Positions 56,533-64,000 of a DNA stretch of 64,000 nt are shown piece after piece (within the stretch, counting starts at the first letter, position 1; every line of letters begins with the position of its first letter). The stretch is taken from NCBI GenBank assembly GCA_041641305.1, contig JBEPYN010000002.1, positions 128,001-192,000 of the forward strand. Direction: 5' to 3'. Origin of the DNA: Nitrososphaerota archaeon. Lineage in GTDB: Archaea > Thermoproteota > Nitrososphaeria_A > Caldarchaeales > Caldarchaeaceae. The notes below the pieces were generated by a model. That model was not told the origin of the DNA. It worked only from the letters and a program-made list of their open reading frames with translations, and searched no databases. Made by a program: the position numbers and the translations under genes.

Positions 56533-57027
56533 ATGGTTTCCGGACGCGTAGTGGTTGCTGTCGTGTTGGTGGTTCTGGTAGCGGGTATAGGTGTGCTTTT
56601 GATAGGGATGCAGCAGACACCGCCCCCGACCAACACAACCACGGCCACCACATCGGCAACAACCACAACAACCCAAACCCCAGCAACAACACAGAACATC
56701 GTATCTCTCACACTCTACCTCAACGACTACGGCTACAACGCCTCACGCGGCGGCCCAACAATCACAGCATATGTCGGCGACATCATACGCATCAGACTAA
56801 TAGGCAACAGCTCAGGACCCATAGTCCACGACTTCGTGCTCGACAAAAACAGCCCCTCACCATACAACGTCAAATCAAACCGCCTAAGCAGAGGACAGGA
56901 ACAGGTAATAGAATTCACAGCCAACATCCCCGGAGAATTCAAGTACTACTGCAGCGTCGCTCCTCCCGCTGGACTGAGCCACAGAGAACGTGGCCAAGAA
57001 GGCGTCATCAGGATACTGGAGAAATGA
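56533..57027 (+). CDS. Membrane-anchored cupredoxin (type-1 copper) with Thr-rich linker
   Basis: N-terminal TM helix, PPPTNTTT...TT linker, VHDF His and YYCSVAPPAGLSHRERGQEG ligand loop. Confidence 0.82.
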   Translation: MVSGRVVVAVVLVVLVAGIGVLLIGMQQTPPPTNTTTATTSATTTTTQTPATTQNIVSLTLYLNDYGYNASRGGPTITAYVGDIIRIRLIGNSSGPIVHDFVLDKNSPSPYNVKSNRLSRGQEQVIEFTANIPGEFKYYCSVAPPAGLSHRERGQEGVIRILEK

Positions 57028-57407
57028 AGAACAAATCCATAGCTGCCCCGCTTGCTTTATCCATTTTCTTCAGCACAGTTCTCTTGTTAACTGATGCGGA
57101 GCTCTGGACGGTTGCGCCCTCTCACGCCTATGCATTAGCAGGGTTCATGGCAGCAGATGTTGTGGTCACAGTTCTCGCATTAAAGGGTCATCCACGTATC
57201 CCCGCCATGGGAACGGTGTATGGTGTGGGGAAGTTTGCTGTTTTCCTCGGGGACATTTTGACGGCGCCTGAATTCGGCCTAACATACGGAGAGTTCGCGG
57301 CCTACTTGTTCAGCCTCTGGGGCTACAACGGCCTCCTAGTTTCCCAGCTTCTCATAGCCGCCGGTTCGTATCTCGATTGGCGGCGTCAAACCACGACAAG
57401 GTCATAG
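57024..57407 (+). CDS. Hypothetical 4-TM membrane protein
   Basis: Real start ATG 57024 (ATGA overlap with the cupredoxin stop); hydrophobic; contains LWTVAPSHAYAL. Confidence 0.7.
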   Translation: MKNKSIAAPLALSIFFSTVLLLTDAELWTVAPSHAYALAGFMAADVVVTVLALKGHPRIPAMGTVYGVGKFAVFLGDILTAPEFGLTYGEFAAYLFSLWGYNGLLVSQLLIAAGSYLDWRRQTTTRS

Positions 57408-58348
57408 ACCCTGATGACCATGCGGGGTGAAATCTCCTTCACAACCCTTGTCTCCCTCAACCGCAACCCAGAATAACCCCTCTTGATACTCTCCCAAACA
57501 CTTTCACCTCCGCCACGCTCCTCAGCCACGTAAAGATGTATGACCGCGTCTGACACACATTTTGGAAGAGCCGTGGGCAGATACTTTAGAGACTGGTGCG
57601 GCAGGTTCATGATGACGCGGTTAAACTGTTTATCCAGCTGGGGAACTATTTCGGCTGCGTCGCCGCAGAAGGGCTTGACCCGTTTCTCGACCTTGTTGAG
57701 CCTGATGTTCTCGATGAGGTAGCTGTATGCGGTGGGATTTTTCTCGACGGCGTAGACAATTGTTGATGGATGTTTGCGTGCTATTAGGATTGAGAAGGGC
57801 CCCACGCCGGCGAACATGTCGAGCACACATTCTCCCTCACCCACCTGAGATGCTACACGGAGCCGCTCTGTCGAGAGACGTGGACTGAAGAAGACCCGTG
57901 CAACATCCAGTTTATAGACGCATCCCGACTCGCGGTGAACGGTTTCCGTGACACCATCGCCCGCCAACACCCTGTAAGAAGCAACCCTCTCCTCCCCCGA
58001 CACCTCACCAACCTTCTGCAAAACAGTCCTCACACGCCTATGCCACGCCATGATAAGCTCAGCAAGCCGAGCCGCCTCCCCCACATCCAAATCCATATCA
58101 TTCAGGATAGCCACCTCCCCAACAACATCATAAGATGCCCTGAACTCGGGGCCTCTCTGCTCCGCCGGCGGCAGCGAGGCCGACACAACCTCGAACCCAA
58201 GATCCACGGGCCCCTTTACAGGAATGTATACATATTCTCCGTCTCTCACGATACGGCGGCCCCTATCCAATAAACTGAGGGCGGCTAGCTTTCTCCGAAC
58301 CTCCTCAGCATTTCTCCGGGGAACCTTAACAGCCAAACTCGGTTCCAA
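57386..58348 (-). CDS. trm5: tRNA (guanine37-N1) methyltransferase Trm5 family
   Basis: YDVVGEVAI, ETVHRESG, FFSPRLSTERLR, DMFAGVGPF, EKNP, MNLP. Confidence 0.88.
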   Translation of the reverse strand: MEPSLAVKVPRRNAEEVRRKLAALSLLDRGRRIVRDGEYVYIPVKGPVDLGFEVVSASLPPAEQRGPEFRASYDVVGEVAILNDMDLDVGEAARLAELIMAWHRRVRTVLQKVGEVSGEERVASYRVLAGDGVTETVHRESGCVYKLDVARVFFSPRLSTERLRVASQVGEGECVLDMFAGVGPFSILIARKHPSTIVYAVEKNPTAYSYLIENIRLNKVEKRVKPFCGDAAEIVPQLDKQFNRVIMNLPHQSLKYLPTALPKCVSDAVIHLYVAEERGGGESVWESIKRGYSGLRLRETRVVKEISPRMVIRVYDLVVV

Positions 58349-58406
58349 ACTTTTCCCCGATGAATTAAAGAGTCTTGAACCTTAAATCTATGACAACATC
58401 GCGTCC

Positions 58407-59690
58407 ATGCATAGAATGAACACAGCGGCTTATTTCTCCGGACTTGTTGTGCTGGCGCTTCTCCTTGGCGGGATGATCCTTAGGGGAAGGTTCCCCAAAG
58501 TTCCCATATGGTCCCTCATGATGTTAAGTGCCGCCATCACTCTATTGCTTGGCCTAGTTGGTGTGGATGAGGCTGTACAGCTGATAGACTTGGATGTCAT
58601 AATGCTGTTGATAGGGATGTTTGCTTTGGTGGGGATGGCTGAGTACTCTGGTCTCCTAGACTTCATCTCGAGCTACTTCCTCTCAAAGGTGAGAGACACT
58701 AGAACCATGTCTATTATGTCCTCGCTGCTTTTCGGCCTAATGGCGGCTTTCTTCGTCAACGACACAGTCGCTTTAATGGGACCTCCGATAGCTGTTCTGA
58801 TAGGCAAGTCTCTCGGCGGCAGATACGAGGCGGCAATCCTGCTTCTCTGCCTATCCATAACTATCGGCTCCGTAATGACTCCTATAGGGAACCCGCAAAA
58901 CATCCTCATCGCTCTTCAGTCCGGCATGAGGTCGCCCTTCATAGAATTCCTCACGCGGCTAGCGGCACCTACCCTGCTCTCCCTCATAATCACTCCACTC
59001 ATTATCGCCAAGCTGTACAAAATTCCTAAAGAAGGCGTCGTGGTTCCCATCGACCCGTGGGAGACTGTGAAGTCAAGGAAAGATTTCTATCTCGCTCTGT
59101 TCGGTGGAAGTGTAACTGTAGCCGCCCTCATAGTCAACGATGTCCTCGCCGCGCTCGGTCAACCGCACATCACTTCACGGGGGCTAATACCCTTCGTCTC
59201 AGCAGCAGCCCTCTGGGTTCTAACAGATTCTCCAAGAGAGATACTTTCGAGGGTTGATTTTGGCACGATCCTGTTTTTCTTAGGAATGTTTATCGCGGTT
59301 GAGGGGGTGTGGCGCTCACAGGTCCTCTCACCTCTGTTTTCTATGATGAACTCCGGCGACCCAGCAGGGCCTATGGGTCTCCTGCAGCTGACTTTCATCT
59401 CGATGGTTATGAGCCAGTTGATAAGCAACGTCCCATTCACGAAGCTGGCCATACAGCAGCTCGAGATGATGGGGGTAGGGGGTCACGATGTTAAAGTCTG
59501 GCTGACTTTAGCGGCGTCCTCAACACTGGCCGGAGGAATAACTGTCCTAGGCGCCGCCTCTAACGTGATAGTTATAGAGGTCTTGGAGAGCAGGTATGGA
59601 CAGACGATATCGTATCTCAGGTTCATGAAAGTCGGTCTCCTTGTGACTGCCGTCGCCCTTTGCATCTACTTGCCCTTTCTCCTCCTGTAA
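58407..59690 (+). CDS. SLC13/ArsB/NhaD-like anion permease
   Basis: FFVNDT, IGSVMTPIGNPQN, ISNVP, GAASN; ~11 TM helices. Confidence 0.85.
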   Translation: MHRMNTAAYFSGLVVLALLLGGMILRGRFPKVPIWSLMMLSAAITLLLGLVGVDEAVQLIDLDVIMLLIGMFALVGMAEYSGLLDFISSYFLSKVRDTRTMSIMSSLLFGLMAAFFVNDTVALMGPPIAVLIGKSLGGRYEAAILLLCLSITIGSVMTPIGNPQNILIALQSGMRSPFIEFLTRLAAPTLLSLIITPLIIAKLYKIPKEGVVVPIDPWETVKSRKDFYLALFGGSVTVAALIVNDVLAALGQPHITSRGLIPFVSAAALWVLTDSPREILSRVDFGTILFFLGMFIAVEGVWRSQVLSPLFSMMNSGDPAGPMGLLQLTFISMVMSQLISNVPFTKLAIQQLEMMGVGGHDVKVWLTLAASSTLAGGITVLGAASNVIVIEVLESRYGQTISYLRFMKVGLLVTAVALCIYLPFLLL

Positions 59691-59765
59691 TATCGCCTCT
59701 ACCTCTGTCCTCCTCTGCTGCATAATTCCTTTTAAATAGCCATGTTGGTTAACATTTGAAGATTC

Positions 59766-60197
59766 TTGAGTTCGGCTGTTGCTTCTAAAAGGTTTAGCGA
59801 CGAGTTTGCCCTCATCTTGGATAGGGTGGTTAAGGTTGTGACCAGCTCCGGTGTTTACACCGGGCGTGTATTGGCCTACAACCTCAGCGACTACAGCCTC
59901 TGGCTCGCCGACGCCAAGGAGGAATCGGGAAACGTCTACTCCAAGATATTCTTGGCAGGTGGAAGCATCACCAGGATAGAGGTGCTTGAGACGGGGCCTG
60001 ACATGTCCGCGCTCGTCGAGAGGCTAAACAGGCTTTTCCCCAACCTCGTCGTCTACCATAAGGAATCGGACACCATAGTCGTCATGGATAGAATCAGGGT
60101 CTCACGTGAAGGCGTATTTGGAGAAGGGCCCGCCGCAGAAAGGGTCAAGAAAGTCTACGAGGAGTTCATGAGGGAGCAGAAGGCCAAAACCGGCTAG
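59766..60197 (+). CDS. Lsm/Sm-like RNA-binding protein, SmAP3 type (Sm fold plus C-terminal domain)
   Basis: Sm1/Sm2-like N-terminal half followed by LFPN.V..., IRVS..GV.GEGPAAERVKKVYEEF. Confidence 0.82.
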   Translation: MSSAVASKRFSDEFALILDRVVKVVTSSGVYTGRVLAYNLSDYSLWLADAKEESGNVYSKIFLAGGSITRIEVLETGPDMSALVERLNRLFPNLVVYHKESDTIVVMDRIRVSREGVFGEGPAAERVKKVYEEFMREQKAKTG

Positions 60198-60294
60198 ATA
60201 CATTTTTATCCACAATATGTTTCCATGGGTTAAACGTTTTATAGCGAAAATTCCCCCTTTCCGCCAAGCCTTGGGCTGAAGCAGGTGGTTGCCG

Positions 60295-61914
60295 ATGGTT
60301 AAGTGGCGGACTCTTGTCCACAATGGTGTCGCTCTTCCCCCACCCTATCAGCCGAAAGGACTGTCCATCAAGGTACGGGGTGAAACCGTCAAGCTGGACC
60401 CACTGCAGGAGGAGATGGCATATGCATGGGCCCTCAAAAAAGACACACCCTATGTCCAAGACCCAGTTTTCCAGAGAAACTTCCTCACCGATTTTCTCAA
60501 AACATTCAACGGCCGCTTTCAAGACGTCACCATAGATGACATAGATTTTTCGGAGGTTTACGAGTATGTGGAGAGGGAGAGGCAGCTTAAGGCGGATAAG
60601 GAGTATCGTAAGAAGCTTTCGGCTGAGAGGAAGAAGCTACGGGAGGAGCTTAAGGCGCGGTATGGATGGGCTGTGATGGATGGGAAAAGGTTTGAGGTAG
60701 CTAATTGGATGGTTGAGCCGCCTGGCATATTCATGGGCCGTGGGAACCATCCTCTAAGAGGCCGCTGGAAACCACGCATATATGAGGAGGATATCACGCT
60801 GAACCTCGGCGAAGACGCGCCCATCCCAGAGGGTAACTGGGGCCAGATAGTTCATGACCATGACTCGATGTGGCTGGCGCGTTGGGATGACAAGCTCACG
60901 GGGAAGGAGAAGTATGTCTGGCTCAGCGACACAGCTGACATCAAGCAGAAACGGGACAAATCCAAGTATGACAAGGCCGAGATGCTTGAGAACCATATCG
61001 AAAGGGTGCGGGAGAAGATTTTCAAGGGTCTGAGGTCCACGGAGCCGAAGATGCGTGAAATCGCTCTCGCATGCTACTTGATTGACAGGCTTGCGATGAG
61101 GGTTGGGGATGAGAAGGACCCCGATGAAGCGGACACCGTCGGCGCCACCACCCTCAGAGTTGAGCATGTGAAGCTTTTCAAGGATAGGATAGAGTTTGAT
61201 TTCCTCGGCAAGGACAGCGTTAGGTGGCAGAAGTCGATAGACCTCCGAAACGAGCCGCCGGAAGTTCGTCAAGTGTTTGAAGAGCTTCTCGAAGGCAAGA
61301 AAGAGGGTGACCAGATTTTCCAGAACATCAACAGCAGGCATGTCAACCGTTTCCTCGGAAAAATCGTGAAAGGACTCACAGCCAAAGTCTTCAGAACATA
61401 CATAGCGACAAAGATTGTGAAAGATTTTCTCGCAACAATTCCGCGGGAGAAAGTTACTTCGCAGGAGAGGTTCATCTACTACGCTAAGCTTGCTAACCTG
61501 AAGGCTGCGGAGGCCCTTAACCATAAGAGGGCTCCGCCGAAGAACTGGGAGCAGTCTATTCAGAAGAAGGAGGAGCGTGTGAAGAAGTTGATGCAGCAGC
61601 TTCGGGAGGCGGAGACGGAGAAGAAGAAGGCCCGGATAGCGGCCAGCCTCGAGAAAGCCGAGCTCAACCTCGACCTCGCCGTCAAGGTGCGTGACTACAA
61701 CCTCGCAACCTCTCTCCGCAACTACATCGACCCACGCGTCTACAAAGCATGGGGCAAATTCACGGGCTACGACTGGCGAAAAATCTACACAGCAAGCCTC
61801 CTCCGCAAATTCAAGTGGGTCGAGAAAGCATCGGTCAAACAGGTTTTGAACTATTTTGAGGAAAAACAGTTGAAGGATGTGGAAAAAGATATACAAGTGA
61901 AGGCAACTGTGTAG
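60295..61914 (+). CDS. top1: DNA topoisomerase IB (eukaryote-like long form)
   Basis: KWRTLVHNG, EPPGIFMGRGNHP, MRVG, FLGKDS, AKVFRT, LNH, coiled-coil linker, TSLRNYIDPR catalytic Tyr. Confidence 0.96.
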   Translation: MVKWRTLVHNGVALPPPYQPKGLSIKVRGETVKLDPLQEEMAYAWALKKDTPYVQDPVFQRNFLTDFLKTFNGRFQDVTIDDIDFSEVYEYVERERQLKADKEYRKKLSAERKKLREELKARYGWAVMDGKRFEVANWMVEPPGIFMGRGNHPLRGRWKPRIYEEDITLNLGEDAPIPEGNWGQIVHDHDSMWLARWDDKLTGKEKYVWLSDTADIKQKRDKSKYDKAEMLENHIERVREKIFKGLRSTEPKMREIALACYLIDRLAMRVGDEKDPDEADTVGATTLRVEHVKLFKDRIEFDFLGKDSVRWQKSIDLRNEPPEVRQVFEELLEGKKEGDQIFQNINSRHVNRFLGKIVKGLTAKVFRTYIATKIVKDFLATIPREKVTSQERFIYYAKLANLKAAEALNHKRAPPKNWEQSIQKKEERVKKLMQQLREAETEKKKARIAASLEKAELNLDLAVKVRDYNLATSLRNYIDPRVYKAWGKFTGYDWRKIYTASLLRKFKWVEKASVKQVLNYFEEKQLKDVEKDIQVKATV

Positions 61915-61919
61915 AGTCA

Positions 61920-61940
61920 GTTTTTTGTCAATTTTTTATT
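61920..61940 (+). terminator. T-rich tract after top1 (archaeal-type terminator candidate)
   Basis: TTTTTTGTCAATTTTTTATTT directly downstream of the stop codon. Confidence 0.4.
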
Positions 61941-61950
61941 TAGTGAAATT

Positions 61951-61970
61951 ATATTAGAGGATTTGAATAT
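61951..61970. promoter_or_regulatory. Imperfect inverted repeat (candidate ArsR-family operator) in the dsrE-tusA-sqr promoter
   Basis: ATATTAGA-GGAT-TTGAATAT, i.e. ATTA-N8-GAAT, 17 nt upstream of the ATG at 61988. Confidence 0.45.
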
Positions 61971-61987
61971 ACTAATGTCGAGGAATC

Positions 61988-62488
61988 ATGACTCAAGCAA
62001 CAGTGGTTAAACCTGTTGAAGAAAAACCTCAAGCAAGCAAGCTCTGCATCATCCTGTCCAAGGGGACGCTTGACATGGCTTATCCGGCGCTTATGCTGGC
62101 TAACGCCGCTGCTGTGATGGGCTACGAGGTCCACATCTTCTTCACCTTCTGGGGGATGAACGTAATCGATAAGAGGAAAATCGACAGCCTCAAGGTTTCG
62201 TCGGTAGGTAACCCGGCTCTTCCCATGCCCAACCTGCTCGGTGCCCTGCCAGGCATGACCGCGCTGGTGACCAAGATGCTGAAGAACAAGATGGTGAAGC
62301 AGCGTGTCCCATCCATCAGGGAGCTCATCAAAACCGCCAAAGAAGCGGGCGTCAAGCTGCACGCATGCTCCACAACCATGGACGTCATGGGCCTGAAGAA
62401 GGAGGATTTCATACCCGAGGTAGACGACATCGTTGGCGCCGCCTCCTTCATACAGATGAGCGAAGGCGGCCAAGTAATCTTCATCTGA
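61988..62488 (+). CDS. DsrE/DsrF/DrsH-like (DsrE2) sulfur-carrier protein
   Basis: SKGTLDMAYP, FFTFWG, LHACSTTMDVMG, VGAASF. Confidence 0.88.
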   Translation: MTQATVVKPVEEKPQASKLCIILSKGTLDMAYPALMLANAAAVMGYEVHIFFTFWGMNVIDKRKIDSLKVSSVGNPALPMPNLLGALPGMTALVTKMLKNKMVKQRVPSIRELIKTAKEAGVKLHACSTTMDVMGLKKEDFIPEVDDIVGAASFIQMSEGGQVIFI

Positions 62489-62500
62489 GGTGATGAAAAG

Positions 62501-62746
62501 ATGTCCCAAGCGGTTCGGAAGGTGATTGATTCGCGGGGGAGCTTCTGCCCCGGGCCCTTGACAGACCTTTTCAAGGCCTACCGCGAAGCCAAGAACGGCG
62601 ATATTCTCGAGTTGCTGGCTACTGACCCGGCCGCGAAATCCGATGTGCAGGCATGGGCTCGCAAAACCGGCAACGTCGTAGAAGAGATTGTCGAGGAGCA
62701 GGGCTACATCAGGATTGTTGTACGTGTTACGGCGAAAGGTGGATAA
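62501..62746 (+). CDS. tusA: Sulfurtransferase TusA family
   Basis: DSRGSFCPGP, ATDP..SDV.AW. Confidence 0.9.
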   Translation: MSQAVRKVIDSRGSFCPGPLTDLFKAYREAKNGDILELLATDPAAKSDVQAWARKTGNVVEEIVEEQGYIRIVVRVTAKGG

Positions 62747-62749
62747 GAG

Positions 62750-63943
62750 TTGAAGCGTGTGGCTGTGGTGGGCGGCGGAACCGGTGGAACGCTGTTAGCC
62801 AACCTTCTCGCATCCAAGCTACGCAGGGAAATTGACAGCGGGAAAATAGCGGTTACACTCTTTAGCGACAACCCACACCATGTCTTCCAGCCCGCCAACC
62901 TCGAAATCGCCTTCCACGGTGCACAACCCGAAAAATACATTAGAAAAGAAAACACACTCCTCAGCCGCCGCGTCCAGTTCATCAACGAAGGCGTCGAGAA
63001 AATAAACACAGCCGACCGCCAAATACTCACATCATCGGGAAACGAGATCGACTACGAATATCTCGTCATAGCCACGGGCTCCGTCGCCGACCCCTCTCTC
63101 ACACCCGGCCTCGCAGAAGCCAGTGTAAACTTCCACACCTCACCATGGGACGCGGCCAAGGTCTGGCAAGCCCTGTCAAAGTTTGAGCGTGGAAAAGTCA
63201 TCCTCGTCATAGCCGGTGTTCCTCACAAGTGCCCACCCGCACCCACGGAGGCCATGTTTCTCCTCGACGAATACTTCCGAAAAAGAGGGATAAGAGAGCG
63301 TGTAGACCTCACTTTCCTAACACCTTATCCACACGCCTACCCCGCGAAAACCATCGCAGAAATCGTCCAGCCCATGCTCGAGGAGAGAGGAGTAAACATA
63401 GTGCCTTTCTTCAACATCGACCAAGTAGATGTGGCTGGGAAAAAGGTTGTCTCGCTCGAGGGTGAGGAGGTGCCGTATGACTTGTTGATAGCTGTTCCGC
63501 CTCACCGCGGCTCACGCGTGGCCACAGTCTCCGAGATAGGGGACAAGGATGGATGGATACCCGCCGACAAACACTACATGACAGTCAACGGCTACGACGA
63601 TGTATACGCGATAGGCGACGCAACCAACATACCCATATCAAAATCAGGCGTGGTGGCCCATATACAGGCGGGGATAGTGGCTCACAACATCGCGTCATCT
63701 ATTACGGGCACAGACGGCAAGCAGAAATACAACGGCCGAATCAACTGCCCCCTCGAGGTCGGGGGCGGGAAAGCCCTCTTCGTGTCAGGCACCTACACCA
63801 GGCCGCCTAAACACATGAAACCCACAAAGATACGTTACCTGATGAAGAAAAGCTTCGCATCACTATACTGGCTCATGCTAAAAGGCAGCCTCGAGCCAAT
63901 CTTCGACATCTACTTCAGGGAGAAGGAGGAGAACAGCTCTTGA
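62750..63943 (+). CDS. Sulfide:quinone oxidoreductase-like flavoprotein
   Basis: GGGTGG, IATGS, KCPPAP, YAIGDAT, SKSG, YNGRINCP. Confidence 0.85.
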   Translation: MKRVAVVGGGTGGTLLANLLASKLRREIDSGKIAVTLFSDNPHHVFQPANLEIAFHGAQPEKYIRKENTLLSRRVQFINEGVEKINTADRQILTSSGNEIDYEYLVIATGSVADPSLTPGLAEASVNFHTSPWDAAKVWQALSKFERGKVILVIAGVPHKCPPAPTEAMFLLDEYFRKRGIRERVDLTFLTPYPHAYPAKTIAEIVQPMLEERGVNIVPFFNIDQVDVAGKKVVSLEGEEVPYDLLIAVPPHRGSRVATVSEIGDKDGWIPADKHYMTVNGYDDVYAIGDATNIPISKSGVVAHIQAGIVAHNIASSITGTDGKQKYNGRINCPLEVGGGKALFVSGTYTRPPKHMKPTKIRYLMKKSFASLYWLMLKGSLEPIFDIYFREKEENSS

Positions 63944-64000
63944 CCCTCGAGCAGACCTTGTCAGAAGAGTTTTACAACGCGTTGGCGGAGTTCTGCAAAG
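63940..64000 (+). CDS. 5' start of next gene (truncated), possibly an ArsR-family regulator
   Basis: TTG overlapping the previous TGA; reads MTLEQTLSEEFYNALAEFCK, resembling ArsR helix 1. Confidence 0.4.
   Translation, partial: MTLEQTLSEEFYNALAEFCK

Noticed and set aside
56626-56695. ACA/ACC-rich quasi-repeat
   Set aside because: Simply encodes the Thr-rich linker; not a CRISPR or tandem DNA repeat.
56493-57023. His/Asn/Arg-rich N-terminal half of the 304-aa ORF 56493..57407
   Set aside because: Alternative-frame reading of the cupredoxin Thr-rich region; the real gene starts at ATG 57024.
60754-61896. 380-aa antisense ORF inside top1
   Set aside because: Shadow of a highly conserved gene; no motifs; explained by sense-strand codon bias.
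1-64000. tRNA, rRNA, CRISPR arrays, transposases, integrases, inteins
   Set aside because: None seen; intergenic gaps are short and lack these signatures; rgy and top1 have normal lengths. tRNAscan-SE/Infernal were not run.

Overview
Gene-dense archaeal chromosomal window with about 60 CDSs. I saw no rRNA, tRNA, CRISPR array or mobile element. Reverse gyrase, eukaryote-like topoisomerase IB, aIF-5A, Dph6, Nep1, Trm5, an SmAP3-type Lsm and an arcadin-1 homologue point to a thermophilic TACK archaeon, most likely a Caldarchaeales ('Aigarchaeota', Caldarchaeum-like) genome; this is inferred from recognised protein families, not from a database search. Housekeeping genes include acnA, sucCD, mdh, cimA, hisD, pyrD, mtnA, rbsK and base-excision repair glycosylases. 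The most notable accessory elements are: (1) a ~15.5 kb putative polyamine/omega-amine uptake and catabolism island (PotABCD, four class-III aminotransferases, two saccharopine-dehydrogenase-like enzymes, an M20 deacylase and an orphan Mo-hydroxylase large subunit) containing two structured leader-like intergenic regions that share a short motif; (2) a tail-to-tail pair of paralogous surface metzincin proteases on coiled-coil stalks, one with a poly-proline tail; (3) a DsrE-TusA-SQR-(ArsR?) sulfur operon with a candidate operator; (4) a cupredoxin with a Gln axial ligand; (5) small features missing from the ORF track, namely a 44-aa C2H2 zinc finger and a frameshifted pseudogene. Several start codons were moved downstream of the ORF-track calls.
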